A DNA stretch of 63,719 nucleotides, the filler included, from a bacterium (GTDB lineage Bacteria > JAMOTN01): NCBI GenBank assembly GCA_027062325.1. It is 3 parts of 3 records of this genome, joined end to end, with 100 filler letters (N's around TTAATTAATTAA, not from the genome) between each part and the next. Parts side by side here need not be neighbours in the genome. Positions count along the whole stretch, not along the records: positions 27,306 to 52,536 come from JAMOTN010000017.1; 2 more parts are not named here. The stretch is one strand, 5' to 3'. The notes under the pieces are model-generated. The model ran no database searches, was not told the origin of the DNA, and saw only the letters and a program-made list of their open reading frames with translations. This document shows positions 28,952 to 39,165 of the stretch, piece after piece; within the stretch, counting starts at the first letter, position 1; each line of letters starts with the position of its first letter. The translations under genes were made by a program, and so were the position numbers.

Positions 28952-30775
28952 GTGATAGTTATGACATCCCTTCTAACGCGTTTCAAATACTTCATTTTTT
29001 TACCACTAATACTTACTTTCTTAATTTTCATTGTAGGTTCTATCATAAGTTATTTCCACTTGCATGAAACGCTTGCAACTCAATTAGCCACAAAAATGCA
29101 ACTCAAAATCAGCTCTGCAATTACTGCAACTTCCTATAAGCTAAAACTCATAGCCTCAATGATAGCTAGAGACCAAAAAATACAAGAACTTGTCGCCCAA
29201 GCTTATTACTCTAATTCTTTAGCCGCAAAGAAAAAAGTACACGATAAATTAATTGAAATTGCTAATTATTATTTAAGAACAATCAACTTCAATGACAAAT
29301 TTAACAACTTGAAAATCCATTTTCATACTGCTGACTTAAAATCCTTGCTTAGAAATTGGAATCCCCAAAAATGGGGGGATAATCTAGCCTACTTTCGTCA
29401 TAGTCTGGTCAAATTAAAAAAGATAAAAAAACCCTTTGCAGCCTTTGAAATTGGCAAAGTTGGTCTTTCACTAAGAGGATTCGCACCAATATTTTATGAA
29501 GGAAAATACGTTGGAAGCGTCGAAACCATACAATCCGTTGAAGATTTAATGAAACTTAATGAAGAATACGCCATTGCAATTCTCGTCGATTCCAAATTTT
29601 CAAAAATTATGGAATTTGCCCTTGATAAAGCCATAAATAGCAATAACTTTTTAGTATTTACAAAATCGAAACTTATGAAAGAAATCTTTTCTTCTAACGA
29701 CGCTGTTAAAATTTTAAATTCCATTATGAACAGCAACTTTATAAATATAAAAAAGCATATAATTACAAAACTGCCAATTAAAGAATCCTCAGGTTCCCTG
29801 ATAGGATACATAATCATAGCTAATGGAAAGGATGAACTTTTATCCTATGAAAAATCCATTTTAGCACCTTTTATTACATCATTTGTAATCATATTCATAT
29901 TATCCTCTTTTTTGATAGCAGGTGTTATATCTTCTTACAATCTCCTTAAACGCATCGCTACAAAAGCTGAACACAGCGCATCATTTTTTGAAAACTTGAG
30001 AGGCAATCTTTCAAAAGTAGAAAGTGAAACAAAAGGAAATCTACAATATCTTGATAAGATTAAGACCGATCTCATAACACTTTTTCAACCAATTCAAGAG
30101 ACTACTCAACAAATTAAACACATGCTATCTGAAATGGCAGCATTAACAGAAGGTGTTGAAAATACAAAGAATATAGTAAAATCCTATGTCGCTAATTTCC
30201 AAGACATGGAGGACAAACAAAAACTCTTACTTGAAACATTTGAAAACTTGGAAATTAAGATAAGAGAAATAATGAACATAACTGCACTCGTTTTCAAAAT
30301 AGCTGAAAAGACGAATCTATTGGCACTAAATGCATCTATCGAAGCAGCTCGCGTTGGCAAAGATGGTGCTGGCTTTGCAGTTGTTGCATCCGAGGTAAAA
30401 AACCTTGCAGATGAAACACGCCGCAATGTGGATTGGATTAAGTCAACGCTTGCAAACTTGATGGAAAAGGTAGAGATTTTTAAAGAGAACGCCGATCAAA
30501 CCAATCAAACATTGCAAATTTTGAAAAACAATACCAAAACTGTGCAGGAAAATGTTGAAAACGTATCAGCTATGATGTTAAATATATCTTCTCTTCTTGA
30601 AGAAGTTCAACAGATCTCTGCTCAAATTGAAAACGTCTCAACAACTTCTTACACAAATATGGAAAGCATTCTTGAACGCATTGAAAATACATCTAAAAAC
30701 TCAGCCGAATTTTTGAAAAATATGCCTAAAGCAATAGAGGAAATTGTAGAGATCAAAAAATACATCACTGGATAA
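28952..30775 (+). CDS. Methyl-accepting chemotaxis protein with double-Cache-type sensor
   Basis: Two TM helices around HFHT...LR.W...GD....[47 protein letters not shown]. Confidence 0.95.
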   Translation: MIVMTSLLTRFKYFIFLPLILTFLIFIVGSIISYFHLHETLATQLATKMQLKISSAITATSYKLKLIASMIARDQKIQELVAQAYYSNSLAAKKKVHDKLIEIANYYLRTINFNDKFNNLKIHFHTADLKSLLRNWNPQKWGDNLAYFRHSLVKLKKIKKPFAAFEIGKVGLSLRGFAPIFYEGKYVGSVETIQSVEDLMKLNEEYAIAILVDSKFSKIMEFALDKAINSNNFLVFTKSKLMKEIFSSNDAVKILNSIMNSNFINIKKHIITKLPIKESSGSLIGYIIIANGKDELLSYEKSILAPFITSFVIIFILSSFLIAGVISSYNLLKRIATKAEHSASFFENLRGNLSKVESETKGNLQYLDKIKTDLITLFQPIQETTQQIKHMLSEMAALTEGVENTKNIVKSYVANFQDMEDKQKLLLETFENLEIKIREIMNITALVFKIAEKTNLLALNASIEAARVGKDGAGFAVVASEVKNLADETRRNVDWIKSTLANLMEKVEIFKENADQTNQTLQILKNNTKTVQENVENVSAMMLNISSLLEEVQQISAQIENVSTTSYTNMESILERIENTSKNSAEFLKNMPKAIEEIVEIKKYITG

Positions 30776-30858
30776 TCGAAAATTAACCCGATTACTAAAC
30801 AAGTTGAATTAACAGCTCATATATCACTTACGGTAGGAAGCAATTTATATCACAAAAA

Positions 30859-31377
30859 TTAGATGACTAAAGTCAAAACTCCAATTATAAATCCTAAAGT
30901 TCCGTAAAATATCGTGTGTCCAAGATCTCCCAATATTAGCACCTTGTGTAGTTGAACTGCAAATTGCGGAGACATCAAACCGTTTACTAAAAATTCGTAC
31001 GGATTGAACAAAAAATTCAAAGTCATAACCTTTAAAAACAAGCGATGATAATTTTTCCAAAACAACTTGTAAACCTCAAAATTCCAACTTAATTTTTCAA
31101 AAACACGAGATACACTTCCAAACTCTCTTCTCAAAATCTCCAACCAAAATATAATTCCACTTCCAATAGCTACAACAACCCACACATCTATCCAAAATGC
31201 AATCTCTAAAGAATTTTCATTTGCTCTAAAAAACGCTGTCACAACACTCATTAAAAATGCAATCCCCAATAAACTAATTCTAGCCCACTTTGGTAGAACA
31301 ACAAAAAAAGGAGCAACAAGTAAAGCAATTATACTCCAAAAACCATACCTTAAACTTTCAATAAACCAATCGTACAT
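30859..31377 (-). CDS. Hypothetical membrane protein
   Basis: 172 aa, about 4 hydrophobic segments, GAGGTGG RBS. Confidence 0.6.
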   Translation of the reverse strand: MYDWFIESLRYGFWSIIALLVAPFFVVLPKWARISLLGIAFLMSVVTAFFRANENSLEIAFWIDVWVVVAIGSGIIFWLEILRREFGSVSRVFEKLSWNFEVYKLFWKNYHRLFLKVMTLNFLFNPYEFLVNGLMSPQFAVQLHKVLILGDLGHTIFYGTLGFIIGVLTLVI

Positions 31378-31455
31378 TCAAGCCACCTCGAATTAATCCC
31401 CACATTTCAAACACAAAATCACATTAAATCACACTCTTGAAGCAATAAAATTCCT

Positions 31456-33114
31456 TTAACCTCTTAACTCCTGCATAACCCGCTTCAATTCACGTTGCAA
31501 AAATTTGATCCTTTCAAAATCTCCCTCTCTTTGTGCTGCTTTTATCTCACTTAAAATCTGACGTTTTACTCTTTCTGAGTATCTTTTTTTCAAAATACCA
31601 ATACACGTATTCATTACGTTTACCATCTCAGCAAAAGAAAATGAATCATACTCAGGAAATAAAAATGCAATCTGAGCTACCACATCCTTATCTCCTTTTT
31701 TTAAGGCTTCCAACATTCTTTTACCATTTTCACTCAAAAACTCCTCTCTAAACCCAACTCTTTCAAACATCTCCGAATTTAACATGTAAAGCTTTAAAGC
31801 CTCCATCTCAACATCAACACTACCACTTCTTTGTCCTAAAGCTACATTTTTTAAACTCTCCTCTTTTAACTTTCGCAAATCATACTCAACTAAATTCACA
31901 GGTAAAGAAAAATGCCAAGCCAACATCTCCTCTATTTCATGCCACAATTTTGCATCAAGGGAGGCAACCTCTTTTTTAAACATGAGTTTGGCACGTTCAT
32001 AATCTATGCCATTTTCTGCTATGTAATTCATCTTCCATTCAACGTGAGGAATTGCAACTTTTACACGCTCTACAAATTCATCAGCTCCTATATTGTCAAC
32101 AGTATCCGCAATATCCTTTTCAGGAAGTCTCACAACTCTTATATCCCTTATTCCCGCATCCAACAAAATATCTATTGCCTTCATAGTTGCAACTTTTCCT
32201 GCACTATCAGAGTCAAAAGCTAATAAAACCTTTTCCGTTAACTTAGCTAATCGCTGGGCGTGATAAGAAGTGAAAGCTGTTCCCAGCGGGGCAACCGTAT
32301 TATCGAATCCTGCTTCTGCAGCTTTTATTACATCTATGTATCCTTCCGTAACTATCACAAATCCACTTTGAGCTATGGAATTCTTGGCATGATATAAACC
32401 GTATAACTCCTTGGATTTATCGTATATTTCCGTTGCAGGTGAATTGAGGTACTTTGGCTCACCATCTCCTATTACCCTTCCCCCAAAAGCTATTACCTTT
32501 CCAGACACCGAAAATATCGGAAAAATCAATCTCCCGTGAAAGCGATCATAATAAAGTCTTCCCTTTTGGATCACTAATCCAACTTTTAATGCAGCTTCTA
32601 AAGAAAATTTACCCTTTAATGCCTCCACAAGAGCAGTAGGCGAAGGAGAATATCCCAACCGGTATTTTAGAACGAATTTGCTACTTATCTTCCTCTTTTT
32701 TAGGTACTCCTTAACCTCAGAACTATTTCTTAATGCCTGTTGATAAAATTCCAATGCAAACTCCATTAAACGCCAATAATAGCTATACCTTCCGGGTTTG
32801 TAATTTCTAAGTTCAATTCCAACCTTCTCTGCTAAAAATTTTACGGCATCCTCTCGTGATAAATTCTCTATAAGTTCAATAAATCTAACAGGGCCACCTC
32901 CCACTTTGCAACCAAAACAGTAAAACACTTTTTTAGTTGGATGGACGTAAAAAGAAGGAGTCTTTTCCTGATGAAACGGGCATAGCCCCCTGTATTGTTC
33001 CCCAACCTTCTTCAAATTAACGTAACTTGATACAAGATCAACAAAGTCAAGCCTTTCTATTATTTCTTCTATCAAACTCATCCTTCTCCCCCTCTTACAA
33101 TGGAATTTTAACAA
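31456..33114 (-). CDS. dnaG: DNA primase
   Basis: CPFHQEKTPSF..CFGC zinc finger, DRFHGRLIFPI, FGGR, KYLNSP, EGYIDV, FDSDSAG. Probable start ATG 33081. Confidence 0.97.
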   Translation of the reverse strand: MLKFHCKRGRRMSLIEEIIERLDFVDLVSSYVNLKKVGEQYRGLCPFHQEKTPSFYVHPTKKVFYCFGCKVGGGPVRFIELIENLSREDAVKFLAEKVGIELRNYKPGRYSYYWRLMEFALEFYQQALRNSSEVKEYLKKRKISSKFVLKYRLGYSPSPTALVEALKGKFSLEAALKVGLVIQKGRLYYDRFHGRLIFPIFSVSGKVIAFGGRVIGDGEPKYLNSPATEIYDKSKELYGLYHAKNSIAQSGFVIVTEGYIDVIKAAEAGFDNTVAPLGTAFTSYHAQRLAKLTEKVLLAFDSDSAGKVATMKAIDILLDAGIRDIRVVRLPEKDIADTVDNIGADEFVERVKVAIPHVEWKMNYIAENGIDYERAKLMFKKEVASLDAKLWHEIEEMLAWHFSLPVNLVEYDLRKLKEESLKNVALGQRSGSVDVEMEALKLYMLNSEMFERVGFREEFLSENGKRMLEALKKGDKDVVAQIAFLFPEYDSFSFAEMVNVMNTCIGILKKRYSERVKRQILSEIKAAQREGDFERIKFLQRELKRVMQELRG

Positions 33115-33166
33115 ATTGAAAAGGCAACGTTTGGGTTAGTTATTTGTGGATATTTATATAACAATA

Positions 33167-33195
33167 TTGACATATTTTTATTTAAATATTAAACT
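33167..33195 (+). promoter_or_regulatory. Sigma70 promoter for the ferredoxin gene
   Basis: TTGACA-N17-TAAACT. Confidence 0.65.
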
Positions 33196-33269
33196 TAAAA
33201 TTGAAGGCGAAAATCCACAAGCTAAAAACTACTTAAAGTACTCAAACTCATACAGAAGGAGGGTTTCTT

Positions 33270-33578
33270 ATGGGATGGGTTGAAGGCTATCCCCGCGAGA
33301 AAATCAAATGGCATCCGACAGTAGATCTTTCTAAATGTGTAAAATGCGGAATGTGTATGAACTGCAACAAAAATGTATTTGAATGGACAAAAGAGGGACC
33401 AAAAGTTGCGCATCCAAATGCATGTGTGGTTGGATGTACAACCTGTGCAAATCTTTGTGCAGGTAGGGCTATAAGTTTTCCGGATATAGAAGAGTTGAGA
33501 GAGTTGTATAAGAGAGAAGGAATTTGGGGTAAGGTAAGAGAAAAGTTGATCAAAGAGGGAAAGATAAAGGTAGATTAA
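33270..33578 (+). CDS. 4Fe-4S dicluster ferredoxin-family protein
   Basis: W.PT.D..KC..C..C..C and C.VGC..CA..C...AISFP; GGAGG RBS. Confidence 0.9.
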   Translation: MGWVEGYPREKIKWHPTVDLSKCVKCGMCMNCNKNVFEWTKEGPKVAHPNACVVGCTTCANLCAGRAISFPDIEELRELYKREGIWGKVREKLIKEGKIKVD

Positions 33579-33617
33579 AATCTGCACAAAACAGTTACTC
33601 CAGTAGAATTACCACCA

Positions 33618-34769
33618 TCACACCATATCGTATTTTTCACCAGTCATAAATGATAGAATATCAATTGCCAACTTCAGTTGAGAATAAAGATAGCTGCACT
33701 TGTCGGAGCTAAAGCAGGGTATGATCAAGTAGTGACTGCAGTTAAGAGGTTTAAAAGTTTTGTCAAACGCCAAATGAATTTGGGTGCGACACGCATTTGA
33801 CTGCCAGTTTTTCTCTATCTTCTTAGCCTTTCTAAGAAGAACTTTTCTGTTTATAAATTCAATTCTAAACACTACAAAATCTTCTCCCTTTAGCTCCCCT
33901 TTTATCCCAACCGATTTACCGCTTTCATAATGAGTTGTCAACACAACGTTGTCTACTATAGACTTTGGTACGGTACAATGAGCAAAGCTGGCACTCTCCC
34001 CATCAAAATCAGTAAGGTTTGCCATGAATGGCTTATATCCAAAATTTTCCACAATTAACCAATTTACAGCTACCTGTAAATCTCCTTCGCAGACAAACTT
34101 CTCTGCCAAAAAGGCAGAAAAACAAGCGGTTACTCCTCTATCCAAAAACTTAAAACAATTTGCAGTTACAAGGTCGTACTTCTCAAACCATTCTTTTAAA
34201 GAATTATACAGTCTGACAGAGGCATACAACTCATCTTCTTCCACCGTAGGATAAGCTTTAAATACAACATCAACCTCCTCTTTTGCGTTACCAAATCTTT
34301 TCCAAATCTCTTCTATTTTTTCCTCTTCAACCTCAACATTCATAACCTCTAACACTCCTTGGGGAACTTTTTCAGAACCACCAAGCCAAAAAGCCCATTC
34401 AAACCTTTTTACCCTTTTACGTAAAGAAAAAAACTCTAACACTTGAGTAAAAGATCTAAACATTGAAGGCGGAATTAAAATATCATATTCTCTTAAAACT
34501 CTACTTTCCAGAACCGCAGCCACTGAGTTGTTTACAAGAGGACACAAGAATATAACCCTTTCATCAAACTCTCCACTTAACTCTTCTAGTCTCTTTTCAA
34601 CTCCACCAGATAAAACAACCACTATCCCGTAAGGAGGACCATACCTAAAACCATTCTTATCAAACAACTTTCTCAACCGGTTTTTAACAGAGTTAACACT
34701 TGCACGTACTGATGAATTTACAGTACTTTCCAAAAAAACCACACCACTTCTAAACCTTCCCTTTTCCAA
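33618..34769 (-). CDS. L-fucose/L-arabinose isomerase-like protein
   Basis: CEGD, FMAN, AHCTVP, TH.ESG..V, CRTQ motifs. Confidence 0.72.
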   Translation of the reverse strand: MEKGRFRSGVVFLESTVNSSVRASVNSVKNRLRKLFDKNGFRYGPPYGIVVVLSGGVEKRLEELSGEFDERVIFLCPLVNNSVAAVLESRVLREYDILIPPSMFRSFTQVLEFFSLRKRVKRFEWAFWLGGSEKVPQGVLEVMNVEVEEEKIEEIWKRFGNAKEEVDVVFKAYPTVEEDELYASVRLYNSLKEWFEKYDLVTANCFKFLDRGVTACFSAFLAEKFVCEGDLQVAVNWLIVENFGYKPFMANLTDFDGESASFAHCTVPKSIVDNVVLTTHYESGKSVGIKGELKGEDFVVFRIEFINRKVLLRKAKKIEKNWQSNACRTQIHLAFDKTFKPLNCSHYLIIPCFSSDKCSYLYSQLKLAIDILSFMTGEKYDMV

Positions 34770-34785
34770 TTACACCGCCTACCCT

Positions 34786-36087
34786 TTATATAGCTTTTAA
34801 TCTTTCCTCCTGACTCACAATGTTTGTAATTCTGACACCAAAGTTCTCATCTATGACAACAACCTCTCCCTTAGCTATCAATTTGTCGTTAACGTATATA
34901 TCAACACTTTCTCCTGCAAGTTTATCCAACTCAACTATGCTACCAACACTCATCTCAAGTATATCTCTTATTCTCAAGCGAGCCCTACCTATTTCAACTT
35001 TTAGTTCTAATGGAACATCTAAAAGTATTTCAAGATTTGCAGGAACTTTTACAACTTCTCCCCTATCAAGCTCCGCAAAGTCAGCTTTTGCAACCTCAGT
35101 CGAAGCTATCTTATTACCACCAGTAACAACCATGGGATCTGCTGAACGAGATATAGCTGATTCAGAAGCACCGCCTGCTGCTCCAGTAGTTGACCGAACA
35201 GAACTTGTAGGGGTGGAAGCTGAAGTAGAGGTAGAAGCAGCCGCTCCTCCACCGTCTCCAAGGACATCTTGAAGTAAACTTTCAATTTCAGCCTGCAAAT
35301 CCGAACCACTGGAACTCGCGTCTCCAGAAGAAGTACTTGTGTCTCCAGCTGAACCTCCAGAATCACCTCCTGAGGAGGTATCGCCACCAACCCCCGATAG
35401 CAACTTATCTATCTCATCCTGTGAAGCCATATCACTTCCTCCTGTCTGCTCTCCAACCTGAGTCTCTTCAATTCCAGCATCTGCAGCACTACCAGTAGTA
35501 GTTCCCGTTCTTATTTGATCAGCTACCTCTACAGGTATAAGTATAAGAATGTAACTTGAAATTTTTTCGTTGATTTTATAACTGTACTTAACAACAACAA
35601 TAGATGAGGGGATCTCTAATTCTAACTCACTTCCTTCTCGTATGGATATATCTTTAACTTCAATTGGGCTTATCTCTACAAAGTTTCCAAACACTTGAGC
35701 AAGCGCATCATTCAACCAACCTGAAGCCCATCTCTTTATAACTTCTCTGAAAGAGTTGTAGTGAATATCTTCAAATACTTCAATGGGAGTATCTCCATCT
35801 CCACCCAGCAAAATGTCCACCAAAACTTTAGCAGCACTTTTAGGAAATGCAAAGTATATAAATCCATTTGGACCTTTAGAAAACTTAGCTTTAACTACAA
35901 CATACTCCGACTCTTCTCCAACAGCTGAAGCAAGTTGTGAAAAATCCTGAGCCATTGCAGTTTCTAAGCCTGTAAATTCAAATTCAGGATGATTAACTAC
36001 TTCAGCCAGTGCATCAAATGCTCCCTCAAAGGTTTTCCCAACAAACATGTAATCATCTGAAAGCTTTTGCAGAGCTCCTATATCCAT
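34786..36087 (-). CDS. fliY: Flagellar switch protein FliY/FliN (CheC-like domain plus SpoA domain)
   Basis: C-terminal LLDVPLEL.VEIG...GSIVELDKLAGE...GEVVVIDENFGVRIT; N-terminal CheC-like region (LVDILLGGDG). Confidence 0.88.
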   Translation of the reverse strand: MDIGALQKLSDDYMFVGKTFEGAFDALAEVVNHPEFEFTGLETAMAQDFSQLASAVGEESEYVVVKAKFSKGPNGFIYFAFPKSAAKVLVDILLGGDGDTPIEVFEDIHYNSFREVIKRWASGWLNDALAQVFGNFVEISPIEVKDISIREGSELELEIPSSIVVVKYSYKINEKISSYILILIPVEVADQIRTGTTTGSAADAGIEETQVGEQTGGSDMASQDEIDKLLSGVGGDTSSGGDSGGSAGDTSTSSGDASSSGSDLQAEIESLLQDVLGDGGGAAASTSTSASTPTSSVRSTTGAAGGASESAISRSADPMVVTGGNKIASTEVAKADFAELDRGEVVKVPANLEILLDVPLELKVEIGRARLRIRDILEMSVGSIVELDKLAGESVDIYVNDKLIAKGEVVVIDENFGVRITNIVSQEERLKAI

Positions 36088-36137
36088 CTCTATCCCCTCA
36101 CTGAAAATTTATATATTCAAACAACCCAAACTCTTCT

Positions 36138-37235
36138 CTAAACTCCTCCCTCACTTACCTCCTCTATCAATCTCTTCGGCAAAGATGTAATCTTAATTCC
36201 ATAAAATTTACCAACTTTTCCAATAGCCGCCTTCATTTTCTTGACACCATTAATTTCCACATCAATATCTTCTCCCACACGTCTTTTCAAAACTATTACG
36301 TCCCCCTCTTTCAACATCAAAACCTCTTTCAAAGTCGGATAGCTTTCCCCTAAAATTGCCCTTATTTCAACCATTGTATCCAAAGTGTAACTCTCTAAAG
36401 CCTGCAAGTCCTGAATCGACATTGCCTGTGCTGTAGAAGAGTAGAAATATTGGGCAGAGAGCTTATCCATTATGGGCTCTAAAACTATGTGAGGAATACA
36501 TATTGAAAACAATCCCTCTATATCAAGCATTTTAGCAGCAAACGACACAACCAAAACCATATCATTTGCTGGAATTATGTGGGCAAACTGTGGATTGTAT
36601 TCCAAAGTATCTATTTGCGGTGATATCTTAACTACACCGCTCCATGCCTCTTTAAGATGTTCAAAGAAAATTTTGGCTATTCTTTTGGCTACAGGTTCCT
36701 CAAGTGAAGTAAGAGGCCTCTTTTCCACTAGAACAGTTCCCGGTCCTCCCAGCAATCTGTCCATGACAGCAAACGTTATCTCCAGAGATATTTGAAGAAT
36801 AGCGCTTCCAGAAAGCATACCTCCAACAGTATGTATGACCAGCAATGTTGGCGACGGCACCGTATTTAAAAACTCTCCAAAAGTCATCTGCTCAACACTT
36901 GCAACCGAAATCTTAACCACAGTTCTCAAAATTGTTGAAAGACTGGTAGAAAGTGTACGTGCAAAGTTTTCGTGAATTTTTCTAAGAGTCCTTAAGTGTT
37001 CTTTTGCAAATTTATCAGGTCTTTTAAAATCATACGGTTTTATCTTCGGCTTTTTCCCTTCTGGACGCTTATGTTGAAAAATTATTTTTAGCTCTTCTTC
37101 ATCAAAAATTGGGGCAGCAGGTTTTTCCTCTTTTTTTTCCTCAACTTCAGATAAGTCAATTTCTCCTTTAGCAGCAGCTTCTATAAGCTTATCTATGTCT
37201 TCTTGCCCCAGAATTTTTTGGAGTTCTTCGTCCAT
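36138..37235 (-). CDS. fliM: Flagellar motor switch protein FliM
   Basis: LGQEDIDKL, YDFKRPDKF, HENFAR, DRLLGG, NPQF, CIP. Confidence 0.96.
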   Translation of the reverse strand: MDEELQKILGQEDIDKLIEAAAKGEIDLSEVEEKKEEKPAAPIFDEEELKIIFQHKRPEGKKPKIKPYDFKRPDKFAKEHLRTLRKIHENFARTLSTSLSTILRTVVKISVASVEQMTFGEFLNTVPSPTLLVIHTVGGMLSGSAILQISLEITFAVMDRLLGGPGTVLVEKRPLTSLEEPVAKRIAKIFFEHLKEAWSGVVKISPQIDTLEYNPQFAHIIPANDMVLVVSFAAKMLDIEGLFSICIPHIVLEPIMDKLSAQYFYSSTAQAMSIQDLQALESYTLDTMVEIRAILGESYPTLKEVLMLKEGDVIVLKRRVGEDIDVEINGVKKMKAAIGKVGKFYGIKITSLPKRLIEEVSEGGV

Positions 37236-37280
37236 ATTTACCTCCCTTTAAAAGACTGAGCTAAAAATGGCTGCTCATCA

Positions 37281-37820
37281 CTATGCAAACGTTACAAGGA
37301 AGTCAAAGAAGTTAACCTTCACCACTTTTCTATACTTAGGTTTTCCTAACCCCAAAAACCCTCTATCAGGAGGAACATGCTTTTTTAAGTAACTATTTAT
37401 AACCTTTTTTATCGTTTCCTGAAGTTTTCCTGACGCAAAATCTTTTTTTATTCTATCCCCATCATAAGAAGCGATGACTCTCTGAACCATGTCTCTGAAA
37501 CGTGCTTCGTTATCAGTAAAGTACTGAACAAGATACGGATCGTTAACCTCAAACTGTAAACTGAACTTTGCTATCATTCCTTGAGTTGCAACAGGTACCA
37601 AGAACTCCTTTGAGAAGTCAAACTTAGCAACACTTACATCTTCACCTCTCTTCTTGGCCTCTTCAAGCATATTCGCTTTCTCCTGCATAGTCTGATAAAC
37701 CTTAATCGACACCACTGCTGTTATAAACACCAGTGTAAGTACACCTATTAACAATATCAGGATCTTTTTTAGCCCACCACCACTCTCCTGCTCTTGCTGC
37801 TGTTTCTCCTCTTCAGGCAT
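37281..37820 (-). CDS. fliL: Flagellar basal body protein FliL
   Basis: Charged N-terminus, single TM, RD.V, V.F.DF; between motB and fliM. Confidence 0.85.
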   Translation of the reverse strand: MPEEEKQQQEQESGGGLKKILILLIGVLTLVFITAVVSIKVYQTMQEKANMLEEAKKRGEDVSVAKFDFSKEFLVPVATQGMIAKFSLQFEVNDPYLVQYFTDNEARFRDMVQRVIASYDGDRIKKDFASGKLQETIKKVINSYLKKHVPPDRGFLGLGKPKYRKVVKVNFFDFLVTFA

Positions 37821-37842
37821 AACGACCCCTCCTTATCAATTA

Positions 37843-37870
37843 AAATCGGCAAAATAGTTAATATTTATTA
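37843..37870 (-). promoter_or_regulatory. Putative sigma28 promoter for fliL
   Basis: Minus strand TAAT-N16-GCCGATTT ahead of the AAGGAGG RBS. Confidence 0.4.
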
Positions 37871-37892
37871 CTCCACTAAAATTACTATTAGT

Positions 37893-39164
37893 TCACTCCT
37901 TCTTAGGAGGAGAAACTTTGTGTTTTAACTTAGAATTTTTAACTTTAGATTTTTTTTCAGTATTAACACTAACTCCGGGAACGTTTTTACCAAATATCAG
38001 GTATATATCAACTCGTCTATTTTTAGCCCTTCCTTCTGGAGTATCGTTGCTTGCAATAGGATGCCATTTACCGTATCCTGCCGCTGACATACGGCGAGGA
38101 TCAATTTTTGATACAGATAGCATATACCTCAAAACGCTTGTAGCCCTTGCAACAGACAACTCCCAGTTAGTCGGATACTTTTTCCTAAGTCGCGGAGAGA
38201 TTGGAACATTGTCAGTGTGTCCCTCAACGCGGATAGTACAAGGCAACTTTTCAATAGCCTGAGCAACTGCTTTCAAAATTTTCTTTGCCATAGGCTTTAA
38301 AGTGGCGCTACCCGAATCAAAAAGCACCCTATTTTTAAAACGAATCAGAATCCCTTTCTGTTCTCCTTCTTTATACTTTACAATCTTCACCTCAACATCC
38401 TTTGGAACTTTTAAACCTTCATTTTTAAGCATTTCTTCCAACTTTTTTTTGAGCTTTTCGCGCTCAGCTGCAGCCTTCTTTAACTTTTCATATTCGCTCT
38501 CTGTCAAGACAATCTGCTTATGCTCTCGAGCAACCCCTTCTTCTCCCTCCGAAACTTGCATCTCTTCCCTTTCTCTTTTTACCCTTCTAACTTCAAACTC
38601 TTCATGCTGTTCCATTTTCTGAACAGAAGCAAGCCATTTCAACTCACTTTCGGTCTGTACCTCTCCCTGATGACCACCTTCCCCCACTTGTGCTCTGAAC
38701 TTCAAAACCTCCTCAATTTTACTGCGCGATGAACTTTCTCCACGCTGCCCTTTTTTCTTGTATTTGAAAAACGCTAGCTTCTTTATTATCTCCTGCTTTA
38801 TATCAGGTTCCTCCTCCGTAACAATTCCAACAACATTGGGACGCTTCTTTTTAACCCTTTTCTTATCTTCAGGATTTTTTATATCCTCCTCCATCATCCT
38901 TCCATAATCACGACGAGTCTCTGCTTTTCTTCTCTTAGCAAATGCTCCAGCCCCTGGAGGAGCAACTGACGTACCACCAAACAAACCAAAAGCTCCTTGG
39001 AAAGAGGCTATCAATTTCATAAACTTATCACTTGCTATATTTGAAAATGCAAACAGTAGAACGAAGAAACACAAAATCAACGTCATCATGTCTGCAAAAG
39101 TTGACATCCAAGCTGGAGCGCCTTCTCCGCCACCCTCATCACACTTACACTTCTTATCCGCCAT
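37893..39164 (-). CDS. motB: Flagellar stator B subunit (PomB/MotS-like)
   Basis: WMSTFADMMTLILCFFVLL TM; OmpA-like VLFDSG, EGHTD, NWELS..RA, NRRVDI. Confidence 0.96.
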   Translation of the reverse strand: MADKKCKCDEGGGEGAPAWMSTFADMMTLILCFFVLLFAFSNIASDKFMKLIASFQGAFGLFGGTSVAPPGAGAFAKRRKAETRRDYGRMMEEDIKNPEDKKRVKKKRPNVVGIVTEEEPDIKQEIIKKLAFFKYKKKGQRGESSSRSKIEEVLKFRAQVGEGGHQGEVQTESELKWLASVQKMEQHEEFEVRRVKREREEMQVSEGEEGVAREHKQIVLTESEYEKLKKAAAEREKLKKKLEEMLKNEGLKVPKDVEVKIVKYKEGEQKGILIRFKNRVLFDSGSATLKPMAKKILKAVAQAIEKLPCTIRVEGHTDNVPISPRLRKKYPTNWELSVARATSVLRYMLSVSKIDPRRMSAAGYGKWHPIASNDTPEGRAKNRRVDIYLIFGKNVPGVSVNTEKKSKVKNSKLKHKVSPPKKE

Positions 39165-39165
39165 A

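Noticed and set aside
16753..31429. Shared 14-mer AAATCACATTAAAT at 16753 and 31416
   Set aside because: Several 14-mer matches are expected by chance in 64 kb of AT-rich skewed DNA; it is not a full CRP palindrome
35100..35500. Low-complexity DNA in fliY (and 46380-46780) as tandem repeats or CRISPR
   Set aside because: No fixed-length repeat-spacer structure; explained by Gly/Ser/Thr/Pro linkers
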